Part shown: one piece after another, positions 46,419 through 59,284 of the stretch | Position numbering within the stretch: the first letter of the stretch is position 1 | Layout: each line of letters opens with the position of its first letter | The notes under the pieces: model-generated | Seen by the model: the letters and a program-made list of their open reading frames with translations, nothing else | Told to the model about the DNA's origin: nothing | Databases searched by the model: none | Source: Lingula anatina | Lineage: Eukaryota; Animalia; Brachiopoda | Length of the DNA stretch: 64,000 bases | Direction of reading: 5' to 3' | Assembly (NCBI GenBank): GCA_051362555.1 | Contig: CM120646.1 | Location: 18,724,001 to 18,788,000 of the forward strand | Made by a program: the position numbers and the translations under genes

Positions 46419-47846
46419 AATTATTATCGACTGATGGTCGAGAAATAAGATTAAATTTTGTCCCGTGTGGAAATATGTCTATGCTCTCTGATCACAGGGG
46501 TCGGTACTAGCCTGATACAAAATAGCTGAAAAAACTCTTTTTCAATTTTTTTAACAGGCAGTATTAGAGACCATTAGATGATAAGAGGGATATATCTCTA
46601 CATGTACCACTTCTCATTGCCAATGCTTAACGTGGTGACGGAGAAACGAATTTTCATAAGGGCGAGTTAATACACGTTTATGCAATGGTTTTGATGCAAG
46701 AGTATAATGCATGCGTGTTGGTGTATAACTTCTGTTGGTTCAACACACACCGCCCTTGTGTTAAGCTGACATTCTCTGATCGATTGTTCCACCTATCATG
46801 GCGACAAAAGGTACACGGAAACGTATACCATGTATAATCCAAAATCAGACTTATTAGCTTTATAAAAAGGTAATACGTCCATACAAAAATCGCTTAGATC
46901 TTTTGCTTGTTCATTTTGTTTTTACTTGCTGTTGGATGTACGAGCGTGGAATGAAAGGAAATAAAAGTTTATTTCTGAATGAAGGTTGATATGATCACGG
47001 CTTCACTGCTTAAAAAACATGTATTTGATAAAACCTAGGCAACAATTATGAGGTGATATGCTTTGACAAAATATGGCGCACAATAGTAATATAGCGGTAC
47101 TATAGTAAAAAATACTAGTGTACTATACAAAGCAGATTATATGTCATATAACATATTTCAGTAGAAAGGGTGAATTTATTTTTTTGATCAGCATCTAGTT
47201 TTCAGTGACACTCCTATGGTCAAGGCTGCCATCTTGACCCAGCAAAGTTCCCGCCTCTGGTAGACTGCTGTTACGATCTATTCAGAAACGCTGCTCTTTA
47301 TGAAAACCATGGTAGGGATCAAAACACGAACTGTAGCCACAATCACCTAGGCCTACAGACTTTGAGTATTTGCAAGTTTATGTTCAGAAGCGGGCAAAGA
47401 AATCTCATTACAAACTACGTTGGAAATTTTGCATTTTATTTTTATTTAGCATGGTTTTAATCGACCCCTACAATGTACCGGTACAGCCGTAATATTATAC
47501 AGTGACACAGGTATACCAAGTATATCTTGCAGTAGCACTGCTGTCGTTCATAACGGTAGATTTATTCAACTGTTTTTCTTAGTGTGATTGCGAATGAACT
47601 CTGAATATACATCTATCCTCTAGAAGTGCAGCGGCGGTAAAGAACATGATCCAAATGTACCCATTGTTATATAGATGATATCTTTGACCTGACCAAGTAT
47701 GTCACTATTTGAATTTTGTTCAACATCTGTGACATTGATTCTGAGATCGAGAGTTCATTAACCAGGGTTTGTGTTACATAACAATATTGTATCGTTATTA
47801 AAATATTACTCGTAGTCCGTTGCTATGGGGGCCGAAATTGAACCAT

Positions 47847-49508
47847 TTAACCTTGAATAGTGTGCGAGTATCTCCAGCAATACGGGGTTCGGCCTTCTGG
47901 TTTGATACAAATGCCAGTGCATGTGGTGCCAGGGTAGGGAACACAATGGCAGTCGTCATTGCTATCACATGGTGGTTGGGATCCTGTTTGAATAGAGCAT
48001 TGACCACTTATTTTGGGGGTCACATTACAAAGTCACAAATACTTATCCGCATTGTCACTTTTGCAGTTTTTATTATATTTTGTTTTGTAGCAGTGTATGT
48101 GGATTTTTAAAAAATATGTATTAATTAATGATATAAATTTGACTACATTTGTGAGGGTATGATGTGTTTAAACTACAGTTAATGAAGATTGCTCAAGGTT
48201 CTCAAAAACAAGCAAAAGAAAAACAGGAATACATGTACACTAGACCAAACATGCTTCTGTCAACAAACTCTGGAAGTTTTAAAAGATAACATATAGGCAA
48301 TATATGCGTGATGCTAAAGTGCCATTTTAGCTACTGAATAATACATAAAGAATCATTGGCTCCCAGCAATTGACGACTTACCACCACCTATCCATGGGCT
48401 CCTTGACAGTATTCCGCCTGAAATGATAAGTTGTATAAAACGCCAGCTCTCAAAAAAGAATTACTGCCTGATGTTAGCGTTATTCTGTGTCAAAGGTGAC
48501 ACGTGTGATTTCCCTAAAAAACGTAATAAATCTTAAGTAAGGCTTTAATATTCCTAGGACTTATTACTGCCTGATGTTAGCGTTATTCTGTGTCAAAGGT
48601 GACACGTGTGATTTCCCTAAAAAACGTAATAAATCTTAAGTAAGGCTTTAATATTCCTAGGACTTATTACTGCCTGATGTTAGCGTTATTCTGTGTCAAA
48701 GGTGACACGTGTGATTTCCCTAAAAAACGTAATAAATCTTAAGTAAGGCTTTAATATTCCTAGGACTTATTACTGCCTGATGTTAGCGTTATTCTGTGTC
48801 AAAGGTGACACGTGTGATTTCCCTAAAAAACGTAATAAATCTTAAGTAAGGCTTTAATATTCCTAGGACTTATTACTGCCTGATGTTAGCGTTATTCTGT
48901 GTCAAAGGTGACACGTGTGATTTCCCTAAAAAACGTAATAAATCTTAAGTAAGGCTTTAATATTCCTAGGACTTATTACTGCCTGATGTTAGCGTTATTC
49001 TGTGTCAAAGGTGACACGTGTGATTTCCCTAAAAAACGTAATAAAACTTAAGTAATGCTTTAATATTCCTAGGACTTATTACTGCCTGATGTTAGCGTTA
49101 TTCTGTGTCAAAGGTGACACGTGTGATTTCCCTAAAAAACGTAATAAATCTTAAGTAAGGCTTTAATATTCCTAGGACTTATTTCAGAAAGCCACTTGAA
49201 ACATAAATGCTGCTCGACAGGCTGCACTCATGGCAACAACATCTGTAAAAGGACATGAATGACAAAAGCAGGGAACCGTCACCCAACCGTGTGTACCCTT
49301 AGCTAACAGTGGCATTATACATGTACGCTCGGTTTTTATTATCACTTTTATTTGTTAAGAAATCATTTTACGCCAGTAATTTTCTTATTTTTCATTAACT
49401 CAAGTCGATTTGAATACTGTAATCAGTTAAATACATCTAATATAACCTACCTTCCACTGTTTCGCAAAGCATTACCATGGAAATCAAAAACAACAAAATG
49501 ATCTTCAT
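47847..49508 (-). CDS. Small secreted 6-Cys peptide precursor, copy 2 (64 aa)
   Basis: Exons 49451-49508 and 47847-47983: MKIILLFLISMVMLCETVEG-SQPPCDSNDDCHCVPYPGTTCTGICIKPEGRTPYCWRYSHTIQG*. Confidence 0.85.
48461..49181. repeat. Tandem array, 7 x 103 bp
   Basis: Unit TTACTGCCTGATGTTAGCG...TTCCTAGGACTTA starts at 48461, 48564, 48667, 48770, 48873, 48976 and 49079; unit 6 has two substitutions; no spacers. Confidence 0.97.
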
Positions 49509-50196
49509 TCTTGTCGCTAGTGAACAATTTAACCGAATCGATAAACTCAAAGTGCTCCGTTCAAGGTAAAGAACTGACAAACACACCGATCGTTCACATA
49601 CGTTCATATATTAACGGCTCTCATGTAAAAAACGAACAGATTATATGTCCTTACCACTTTTGATAGGAAGAACCGGTATGTTTAGTGAAAAAAGAACGGA
49701 ATCTGCCAGAGAGCACATGAGAAACAAAGGCGGCACGTAGATACCTCGTTTTCCGCGATTTCCATGGTTGAGCTTGAGCAAAAATATATTATACATTAGA
49801 TTGTTTGGCTTCGCATCTTCATCTGGTTATCATGCAACCCTGAATCTGACTCTGGGAACCTAGTACTGCTGACGTTCATTTTGGTAAATTTATTCAACTG
49901 TTATTCTCAGTGTGACTGAAAACGAGCTCTGAATATACATCTATCCACACAAAGTGTAGCGGCGGTAAAGAACATGATTCAAATCTACCCATTTCTATAT
50001 AGATGATATCTTTGACCTGACCAAGTATGTCACTGTTTAAATTTTGCACAATTGATTTGACTATGATTCTGACAGTTCATTATCCAGGGCTTGTGTTACA
50101 TAACAATATTGTATCGTAAAATATTACTGCCAATCTCGTAATATGGTGTCCGTTGCCTTGGGGGGAGGGGGGGGGGCGAAATGGAACCATTTAGCC

Positions 50197-50982
50197 TTAG
50201 GTAGGGTACAAGTATCTCCAGCAATACGGGGTTTGGCCTTCTTGTTTGACACAAACGCCATAACATCCAGTGCCGGGGTAAGCAACACAATGGCAATCGT
50301 CATTGCTATCACAAGGTGGTTGGGATCCTGTTTGAATAGAACAATGACCACTTATTTTTGGGTTCAATATTACTAAGTCACATAGACTTGTAAAGATTCT
50401 TTTGTCTGTAGTTACTTACATTTGCCTGGTCTTACCAATATTTCGTCACACCTATCACAACCTCATTCCCTGATGAAGTCTGCATGCAAGCAGACGAAAT
50501 ATTGGCTGGTAAGACCAGACAAATATAAGTAGCTATAGACAAAAGAATCTTCACAAGTCTATTACAATAACATAGCTAATGAAGCTGCTCTACACTACAA
50601 AGTCACATATTATTATCCGTATTGTCACTTTTGAAGATTATTATTATAACTTTTCGTTTTGTACCAGTGTATGTAGATATTTTAAACGTATTAATTAATA
50701 TTATAAATCTGACTACATTTGTGAGGGTATGATGCGTTTAAACTACAGTCAGTGAAGGCTGCTCAAAAACAAGCAAAAAAAAAGGAATACGCTCGGTTAT
50801 TATTGTCACTTTTCTTAGGTATAAATGTTATAACGCCAGTCAATCTCTTATCTTTCTAAAATCATTAACTCAAGTCGATTGCAATTAATACCGTAATCAG
50901 GTATATAGATCTAATATAACCTACCTTCCGCTATTTCGCAAAGCATTACCACGGATATCAAAAACAGCAAGATGATCTTCAT
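50197..50982 (-). CDS. Small secreted 6-Cys peptide precursor, copy 3 (62 aa)
   Basis: Exons 50925-50982 and 50197-50327: MKIILLFLISVVMLCEIAEG-SQPPCDSNDDCHCVAYPGTGCYGVCVKQEGQTPYCWRYLYPT*. Confidence 0.85.
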
Positions 50983-52263
50983 TCTTGTCGCTAGTACATG
51001 TAACAATTTAACCGAATCGTTAAACTCAAAGTGCTCCGTTGAAGGTAAAGGACTGAAAAACACACATATCCATATATTAACGGCTCTCATGGAAAAAAAC
51101 GAACAGATTGTATGCCCCTACCGCGTTTGTTAGGAAGTACCAGTACCAGTATGTTTAATCAAAAAGAACGGAATCTGTCAGAGAGCACATGAGAAACAAA
51201 GGCGACCCGTAGATACATTGGTTTCCGCAATTTCCATGACTGAGCTTGACCAAAAATATATATTGTACATTATATTGCTTGGCTTCGCATCTTCATCTGG
51301 TTATAATGCTAAACTGAGGCTGACTCTGGGAACCAAGTTCTGGTCCTTGTTTCAGTGTGCTTTAAAAACGATCTCGAGCTGAATGTTGTAAAGATAAAAT
51401 GGTTTTTGTAGTCGTGGAAGAGCGAGAAAAAAAATACTGACGAAAATCAATTGTCTGGCGCTTTTTCTCTTCACCCCTGCTTAAGGTATGATTTGCTGCC
51501 TTGTGCTGTTGTCTTTCCCATTGGATACCTTGTACACTATGTCGTTGAGAAATCCTAGGACCAACGTAGCTTCCAGATCAAGTTAACGAAATAGTGACCC
51601 AATAAGTTACGTTATATAGCGTCCGTTATACTGTATAATATTCATCAATACAAAAAGGGAGACTAGGCGGTGACAAAAAAAAAAACTCCTTACAACGAAC
51701 ATTAGTCCTGGAAACAGCTAATGCAACTGATCATTTATGTAAGGAGACAGATGTATGGAAAGAAACAAAACAGTTCCTGTACAAAAGCCTTACATATGGC
51801 TCTCTATTGGAAACAATCATGTCAGGTCACTGCAGTTTGTAAGCTCACCATCAGCTGAAACAATTCCAGTATTATCTCAGGTATCTTAATTTACTATAAT
51901 TATTCTTATCATTTTTCAAAAGTGCTAATGTTTTCTACCGTATGGTGCAAGTATTTTTTCTCGTTTCATTTTCACTCTATTTTATTCTATTTTACTCTAC
52001 TTTTTACAGATTAATATTTTAGAAACCAGTCATGACAACGATCGTTTGATTCTATCGTTTGATTCTATCGAGTGCCATCTCAACAACCTGCTTGTTGCAG
52101 ACATTTATGCTAAATATTGTTTGCATTATGGCAAAGGTGGAATGGCCAACATGGACCTGGAAATTTGCCCATCTCAGTATTTATTTATGTCCAGCGCCTT
52201 TAGTGTTTGGTTTGTGTTCGAAAACAAAAATCAGAAAAGCCTATACGTTTGTATCATGTGCAT

Positions 52264-55200
52264 TTATCCAAACGATGAACTCGATATCGTTCCGTTGAGT
52301 AGGTCGACTAGCGTGGCATTGTTTACCAGGCAGGGGTCGTGCGGAAGGCGAGGTCCGAGCCAATCGTCTAAGCCGTACGCCATGACACTTCCGGTTGTCA
52401 GACCAATGCTGTAGGTAAGCGTCATCATATTTCCTGAAATGACAGTTTTTTTTCTTCATGGTTTCTAATGTGATAGTACGTCTTTCGTTTAGGCACACGC
52501 GAACAATATGAACCAAGTCGAACTTGACAGGTACGAATGCACACATACATGTACATGTACATACGTGTCGGAGATGTGACAAGAACTACGATATATTTTT
52601 TGATAAAGAACAAGATACTTAAAATAGCATTCACGCAACCAAATACTTGATGCCCAGTCCGTTCGCCCGATAGTGGAAAAATCATGCCACAATGTCGAAC
52701 GAACGAACAAAAAGAGGTTTGTGAAGGTTATGTTATGTTATATGTTATACAGAGGCGCATTTTACCTGTAAGCTCCTTTTGTTCATCTGGCACCTTGGTG
52801 GAGGCTAATATCATAGGGACACTGCCAAAGTAACCGTTGGTCACCCCTAGAATCAATGATATTAGCATGGCCCACCCTTCACCGTTCAGTATTGGTCCTA
52901 GACGGGGCGTGGCACACATCATCATGAGCGGAATCAACAGCACACGGAGGATTGAACAGGCCAGGAGACGACGAGGGGGCCAATCGTAGGGCAATGACGC
53001 TATGATCTTAAAGAATATGAAGACTATTTTAGAGTTGATTACTAGAGTTACTTCTAGATGAAATGTAGATATTTGATTGAACAAAATGGCAGCGCTTACA
53101 AATGAATATATTCTGTAGCTCTATATGCATTCAAAGTAATCGCTTGTATAAAACTTCAGTTTATTCATTTATACTGTAGATTAGTTCCCTTTAATGTGGC
53201 GGTTTGTTACACACAGAAGGAACATATATATTAATTTGCCAAAATCAACGCCACAGTCTTGTAACTCATATAAAACTTCGATTTTACGTGGTGAGACACG
53301 TTTGAATAATATACCCCGATACTGTGTTAAAGACAATTTCCATTCTCTCAATGATTGTGAGTAACATAACAACTTTGAAATTGGCCCAAAGCTACCTTGC
53401 CAATGAAGTCCGAGGCATTGAATATGGCCATCAGGACTACAGGCATCCAGCTCCCCAACCTACAACTCAGGATCTCTGACTCAATGCCCGGGAACAGGCA
53501 TAACGTCACGAAGTACGCAAACGCAATGGACATCATGTAAGGCCACGTGGTCCGGGAGGCACGTTTCCGCAGCACCACGCCGTCTGGATGGAAAAAGTCA
53601 AACGTGGATTTGAGTGAGAAACGCTATTTCCTTTGGCAGTGTTAAAGGGGCTTCGCGACAGAATACTGAGAAAACGTGATCGAAACATGCAGTATTAAAA
53701 CATATACGGTATATTAACACTATATCGTTATATTTCACGCTGCAATTAGAAAATAGTGACTTAATTCTGACTAATGCTGCAGAATACTGCAAGTACGTGT
53801 ACACTTCAATTAAAAAGAAATAGACTTATATTTTCTCACGTTTGATGGCGGCCCATATGGTTGTAGGTCTCCTGACTGTCCAGGGTTCAGACTTGATTCT
53901 GACGTCATCAGCAATACTATGACGTGAAGATGACGACGACACAGCGTGTCTAGGTTGATCGTCATGCTCGATGACCAGAACCCCATAGTTTCCTTGGTTA
54001 GTTGTATGGTCCACTATTTCAACCTGTATTATATCATAATTAGAGGTCGTAATAAGAAGTTAATTGCCAAGCAAAACCCGCTTTAAATTTAAACGTCTTC
54101 GATTCCATCTTAAAAAGAATGCTTCGTCGACAGGTGAGCCCAACTACGGACCCAGTCGTTGCCGCGAAAATTCTTTACTTATCGTCTGCAATCACTCACT
54201 TTCAAATGTGAAAATAAACTATCATAACAGGCGTTATTAAAATCAATGTGAATGTTAATGATATTTTCTCTAGTGAATCCAGGATTTTGCCATTTTTAGG
54301 GGGGGGCATAAAATATTTTACACAGCGAAGCAAGGCTAATATGTAATAAAAGACTACGGCAATTTTACTGTTATATGTCGGGCATAGGGACAGATGATTG
54401 CTTGGTTTTAACTCTTTTTATCTAAATATACCGTATTTTTTTCCCGGTGAGAGCGGGGGGGATGTTACATATAGATGGGGGTATCTCCGATTCTAAAGGG
54501 GGTGGTACTTGTCCCAATATACTGTCTTCATCCACCATTGATTTTGCACCACTAAACATGGGCCTTCTCTGAGTACCATACCTCTTCTTGCATCACGGTC
54601 TGATTAGAAAATCCCACTTTATCGTCTGGTTTGCCAGCTGTACGACATATATTCTCGTAGAATCTCGCAAATTCCGTCCTGCGGATTAGGTTGAAGATGA
54701 CAAAGCACGCGAATACGGTCACAACGGAGATGCAGAAAAAGATCATGGTGTTGACCTTTTCATCATTAAGAAGAGCTTTCGTCACAATACGGTTTGCTGA
54801 CACCAAAAGGCCTGCTGCACCTGGAAAATAATCATTGCACTGCATTAAACATAACACTCAGTTTTAACACTGAAGGGCAGGCATCTTTTGCACATTGTTG
54901 GTTGAACGTTGTCTGAACAACAGTAGCCGGTTTCTCAAAAGCACATAGCCCGAAATTTGGTTTTAATCCACATATAGGGTAAATTGTAATACGAACAACA
55001 AAATATGTTGTTTTGTGTAATGCAAATTTGAAAAAAAATTCATTGTGGACTCATTAATGAATTTATATGACTTTATCACCATCATCTTCTATCAATATGT
55101 GATTATAGTGTGAAACGCTCCTCCAGATATCTACATTGGCGGATCAAAATCATTTATTCGTTCATTTTTTGTAAGATGTGTCCTAGAAATGAAAAGCTTA

Positions 55201-57677
55201 TGCATAAATGTTGTTCCACATTGCAAAGTCTTAAGAAAAGCATTTTGTCTTACTTGCGAAATTAAGTTATTCATATTAGCTTATCATATCAATGGTCGAC
55301 GGAAGTGCGTTTGGCAGAAATCGATGACATAATGTATGAAAAGATGTCACCCTGTGCTGTGATCTCAAATATTATCTAACTTCAAGATTCCTTATACAGT
55401 ATAACATAATTTTAAAAGTTTAATTATTATTATATTAGTTATTAATAAATAACTGATCTAAGAGACCACCCCTCTTTATGTCCTTAAACGCCATGTTCTC
55501 AGCGGATTAACAAAAGTTTTCTGGGGCAAACCTTAAGATGTTGACATTTAATTGGAACGCCCTCCCCATACGCCCCCCCCCCCCTCCAACCAGTTAATGA
55601 GTTGAGTGACCAATACGAAGTCCAGAGTGATATCATGGAGGGATTACATAATGGGTATTGCAATCAAGTGCATGCCCCCAGAAGTTTGGACCAGAAATAG
55701 GGGGCGACTTAATGGCACTTACTTTCCCCTGTCATAACTGCCTGCGTGTACCTCATGGGCAGCATACTGGTATAGCCGTAGAAACTGGATTGTTGAACTG
55801 AAACGAACAACGGAAAGAAACTCGTATTCATGGGTATCGTTCACAAATGAAATAGGATGTGAAGAAAACATGTCATAAAGAACCAAGAACATTGCCCTTT
55901 TTTCCTTATTTTCCGTCCATCTCTGGTTCATTTACTGATAATGCCCTACCAAACTGTATACTGATAATTGATGGATGCATTAATGGACTTTTGCCATGCA
56001 CTGAACTGACATGAACGGATAACAGAATTGGACTAAAGACTTTAACTGACGCGTGTACTTATACTGCTGAGGTCGATATTCACTGGCGTAGCCTACTCTT
56101 TTTGCTGAAGCAACCAACATCAAATTAACTTGCGAGACGTTGAGCCCGTTATTGAAAATGATCCCTTTCTTACTGTACTTGTACCATGAATCTTTTTTTT
56201 CTTTTTCTAATAACTTAACGCAGTGCTTGGAAAGCATCTCCGTTCTATTGATTTTTTAATCACATTTAATTACGAGTTTCAGTTGATCTTTCTTATTAGT
56301 TGGTTGCTGTCAGAAGTACGTTTGATGAAGAGAAAAGAATTTAGGTCTAGGAATATTATCTCTGCTGCCACGACGACGTGGTTCAGAACAGAGTAGACAA
56401 TTAGACCCGCGAATGCTGCAAGGTGCAGATAAAGAAGATGTCAAATTTATTCCAGCTGATAAAACGTCAGCGCCTTCTGTAGCAACATTTTATATCTTAG
56501 TTACAGAATCAAATACATGTAATAGGTCTTCAACGAGATCCTCAGTTCTGACATTTTTTACTTTCACCATTTCCTTTTTCATTTTGGAGATAAATAGTTC
56601 ATTTGTTAAAGCAGTCCTAGTAACAACTAGCCCGATATTAATTAATAAATTTCCATATCATCCCAAATGTGAAGAAGACTTCACTCCGTATTCGAATTTA
56701 GGAATCTTTGACTCGCGTTCACAGACAAAACTGAATCATACTGAACAGGAGAAAGGACAGACACCAAACTGCGGATTAGATTGCAAATTTGCAGCGAACG
56801 AATCTATAGTAATCGCTTTAGTGCATTCTATTTTATCAAGGCAGATACGGTCTTTAATAAACGGCTCTCAATACAGGCAGCTGCAACTGAGTAAACGTAT
56901 ATTGTTTGGTATATCGATAATCAATAGAAGTGAGCGAACTCGTTTTGCTGAAGAAGCAATGGCCTGTCAGTTTCAGGTGCATCGTAATATTTGCAGCGTA
57001 TTTTCTCTGCATTGATTCTGTTATTTAATTTGGAAAGTAAAAATAACGGAACAGAATAGGAGGACACGAAGCCTCACTCCCACCCAACTCGTCTTTATAT
57101 CTATAACACGTTTCATGCAACATGGTACATGTACGAATCGCCTTCTTTTGATATCGGGCATTGAACTGGTAAAATAAAGCGGTCATAATTAAAGGCGACA
57201 CCTACCAGTGCAGCCCAGAGCCACGGTGCCCACGGCCGCCAATGTGACCCTATAGGCACTGTCCCTGGTTAGCAGCTCAAACCACACGTCAAATAACGCC
57301 ACACTTAACAATGTCAAGAACGAAATTACGTATCCCACTGTAATCCTAGTGTGAAGACTCAGCAGCTCCACCAGCACATTGTTAATGCACACACTTACAA
57401 ACGCGACACAGATATATGTAAGGCTCATATCGAATACTATTGTTGTGTCGGGGAAACGATCTTGGTAGTAGTCAACCGCTATGATAAAGCTGTTGTATGG
57501 CAGCAAGAACCCAGCTCCGGCAAGAATTAGACCAAGGTAGATGCAGCTGCAGGTGTCGTGGGGTACACTGAGGCCGGAGGGGGACTGCCCACTCTCACTG
57601 GACTGACCACCAATGCTGGACACACTAGCCCTCTGTTTGCTGAGCTGAACGTAGCCTCTTGACAGGTTTTCGTCCAT
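52264..57677 (-). CDS. SLC29A4: Equilibrative nucleoside transporter 4-like (ENT4/PMAT), 7 coding exons
   Basis: LAGAGFLLPYNSFIIAVDY, TTIVFDMSLTYI, ALGCT|IQQSSFYGYTSMLP..YTQAVMTGE, YFVTLCLFPGIESE, FNASDFIGK, LGVTNGYFGSVPMILA; last exon 52264-52433 GNMMTLTYSIGLTTGSVMAY...SSFG*. Confidence 0.92.
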
Positions 57678-58835
57678 TTTGGATTTTGCTCGGTTCTTGC
57701 GATGTAATATCTGTCACATTGATAGTAGATCTATTGTCGTCGAGAGGAACCTGGTAAGAAAAATGTCAGCCTCTCTATTCCTGTCCAAACCATACCTGGA
57801 GGTAATGCCAGTTTACATGAGACAACTCACTAAACCCAGACTGAAACCTTCCAAATAGAGTCCCAACGGTTTCCTCAGCAATGCGTACAAATGTACAGTG
57901 CAGTGATTTTGCGTACTTGAAGACTTGTAATTGACTCAATCGATCGTCATCTTTCCACGTTTTATATTGAGTTATCCAGCTTGAAGGTCAACAGTGAATG
58001 GCATTTGGATACACACCGGGTGTACTGGTACATGCATATGCCATAGATGTTCCTCCACCGGGTTCAACATTCAGGTTTTCATACGTTTAATCCTTATTCC
58101 ATTCTGAAACGAACTCTCATTCAATCCATAATATATTACCGGTGAACAATACCAAGTGATTTAACGCCATGTTGCCATCACTCATACAAATTGCTTTACC
58201 CAAGAATGCTGGGATATCCTTCTGTGATATACTGCATATATATGTTACTGCCATTGGCTTATAAACGCCTTTGGGACCATCCCATTAGAGGTCATCCTAT
58301 TATATGTCCTGGTAATATACGAGTATTCACTGTACACTGATCGATAGTACCGCATTCTATACTGTAGCTCTTTATCTAGTTATTCAAAGACGAGTCCATT
58401 TCCATGTTAAAATAGCTAATTACTAATAAATTCGAAGAGCTTGTCTGTGCTATGTGCCTGGCTGGTGTTTCGAAAACTGGTGAGGGAGAGCATTAACCTC
58501 TACGTCCTGTCTGCATGTAGCACACCGAGTTTCGGAACACACTGAAAACTCACTCCTCGCTCACCCGCTTGCTTCTGCCACCCCTCATTGGCGCTGGTGG
58601 GATATTTTGCAGATTTTACTCGATTCAGTAATTTAGACGGTGTAAAACAAAGGCATAGGAGCCGGGGATCTGGGATTGGGGGGATAACACTTCTTTAATT
58701 ATCTCCTTTTATCTTTTATACCGCTCTGGTAAATTTTCAAAATGAATAATTTTTTTCAGAATTCTTCTGAATTTACACAAACCGAAAAACAAAATAAATC
58801 CTATCGAAATGGATACCTTTTATACGTGTACACAA

Positions 58836-59074
58836 GGGCCCAGTTTCATCACCACTGGATAGCGATATCCCATGGAATACACTATCCGTTGTATAAAATT
58901 GTTATCTGGAAAGTTATCCTGAGGACAGCACCCATTTTAACCACATGATAACAGTATCAGAGGCACAATAAGTATCTAGTATTCAGAAAACACTACTATA
59001 TCCACAGGCAACTGCCTGGAGGATTACAGTTTTATCTTATGGATAGTGTTATCCAGTGTTTAGGAAACTGGGCC
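58836..59074. mobile_element. MITE with GGCCCAGTTTC termini
   Basis: GGCCCAGTTTCATCACCACTGGATAGCGATATCC ... GGATAGTGTTATCCAGTGTTTAGGAAACTGGGCC. Confidence 0.65.
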
Positions 59075-59284
59075 AAGCAGTTTAATTAATTTTCTTATAG
59101 ATCGATCATTATTTGTATTCTTTAAATGAATTTATTTAGAATTCAATGTAATTCAAACATTCTCTCAAAACAACACATGTCGCTCTCTCAGACGTAAGAA
59201 TTTAATTAAGACAATAATCCAATAATGTTCCAACGTCAAGATATTACAGTTTTTACAGTCCCACGTGACGCTTGTGTAATGTTT

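Larger units (their letters stand above)
43110..51740. repeat. Tandem segmental triplication carrying the three peptide genes
   Basis: Blocks recur: ~43145-43510 and ~45685-46090; ~43510-44330, ~47220-48015 and ~49830-50360; ~44690-45650, ~49325-49820 and ~50700-51740. Confidence 0.9.

Noticed and set aside
48461-49181. Regular repeat array as a CRISPR
   Set aside because: Units are contiguous and near-identical with no unique spacers, there are no cas genes, and the context is a eukaryotic intron.
52410-52765. A microexon needed to complete the last ENT4 helix
   Set aside because: The acceptor at 52433 already supplies GNMMTLTYS in frame.
56413-57015. 200-aa plus-strand ORF inside ENT4 intron 1
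   Set aside because: No recognisable motif; might be antisense to a decayed retroelement, but I could not support either reading.
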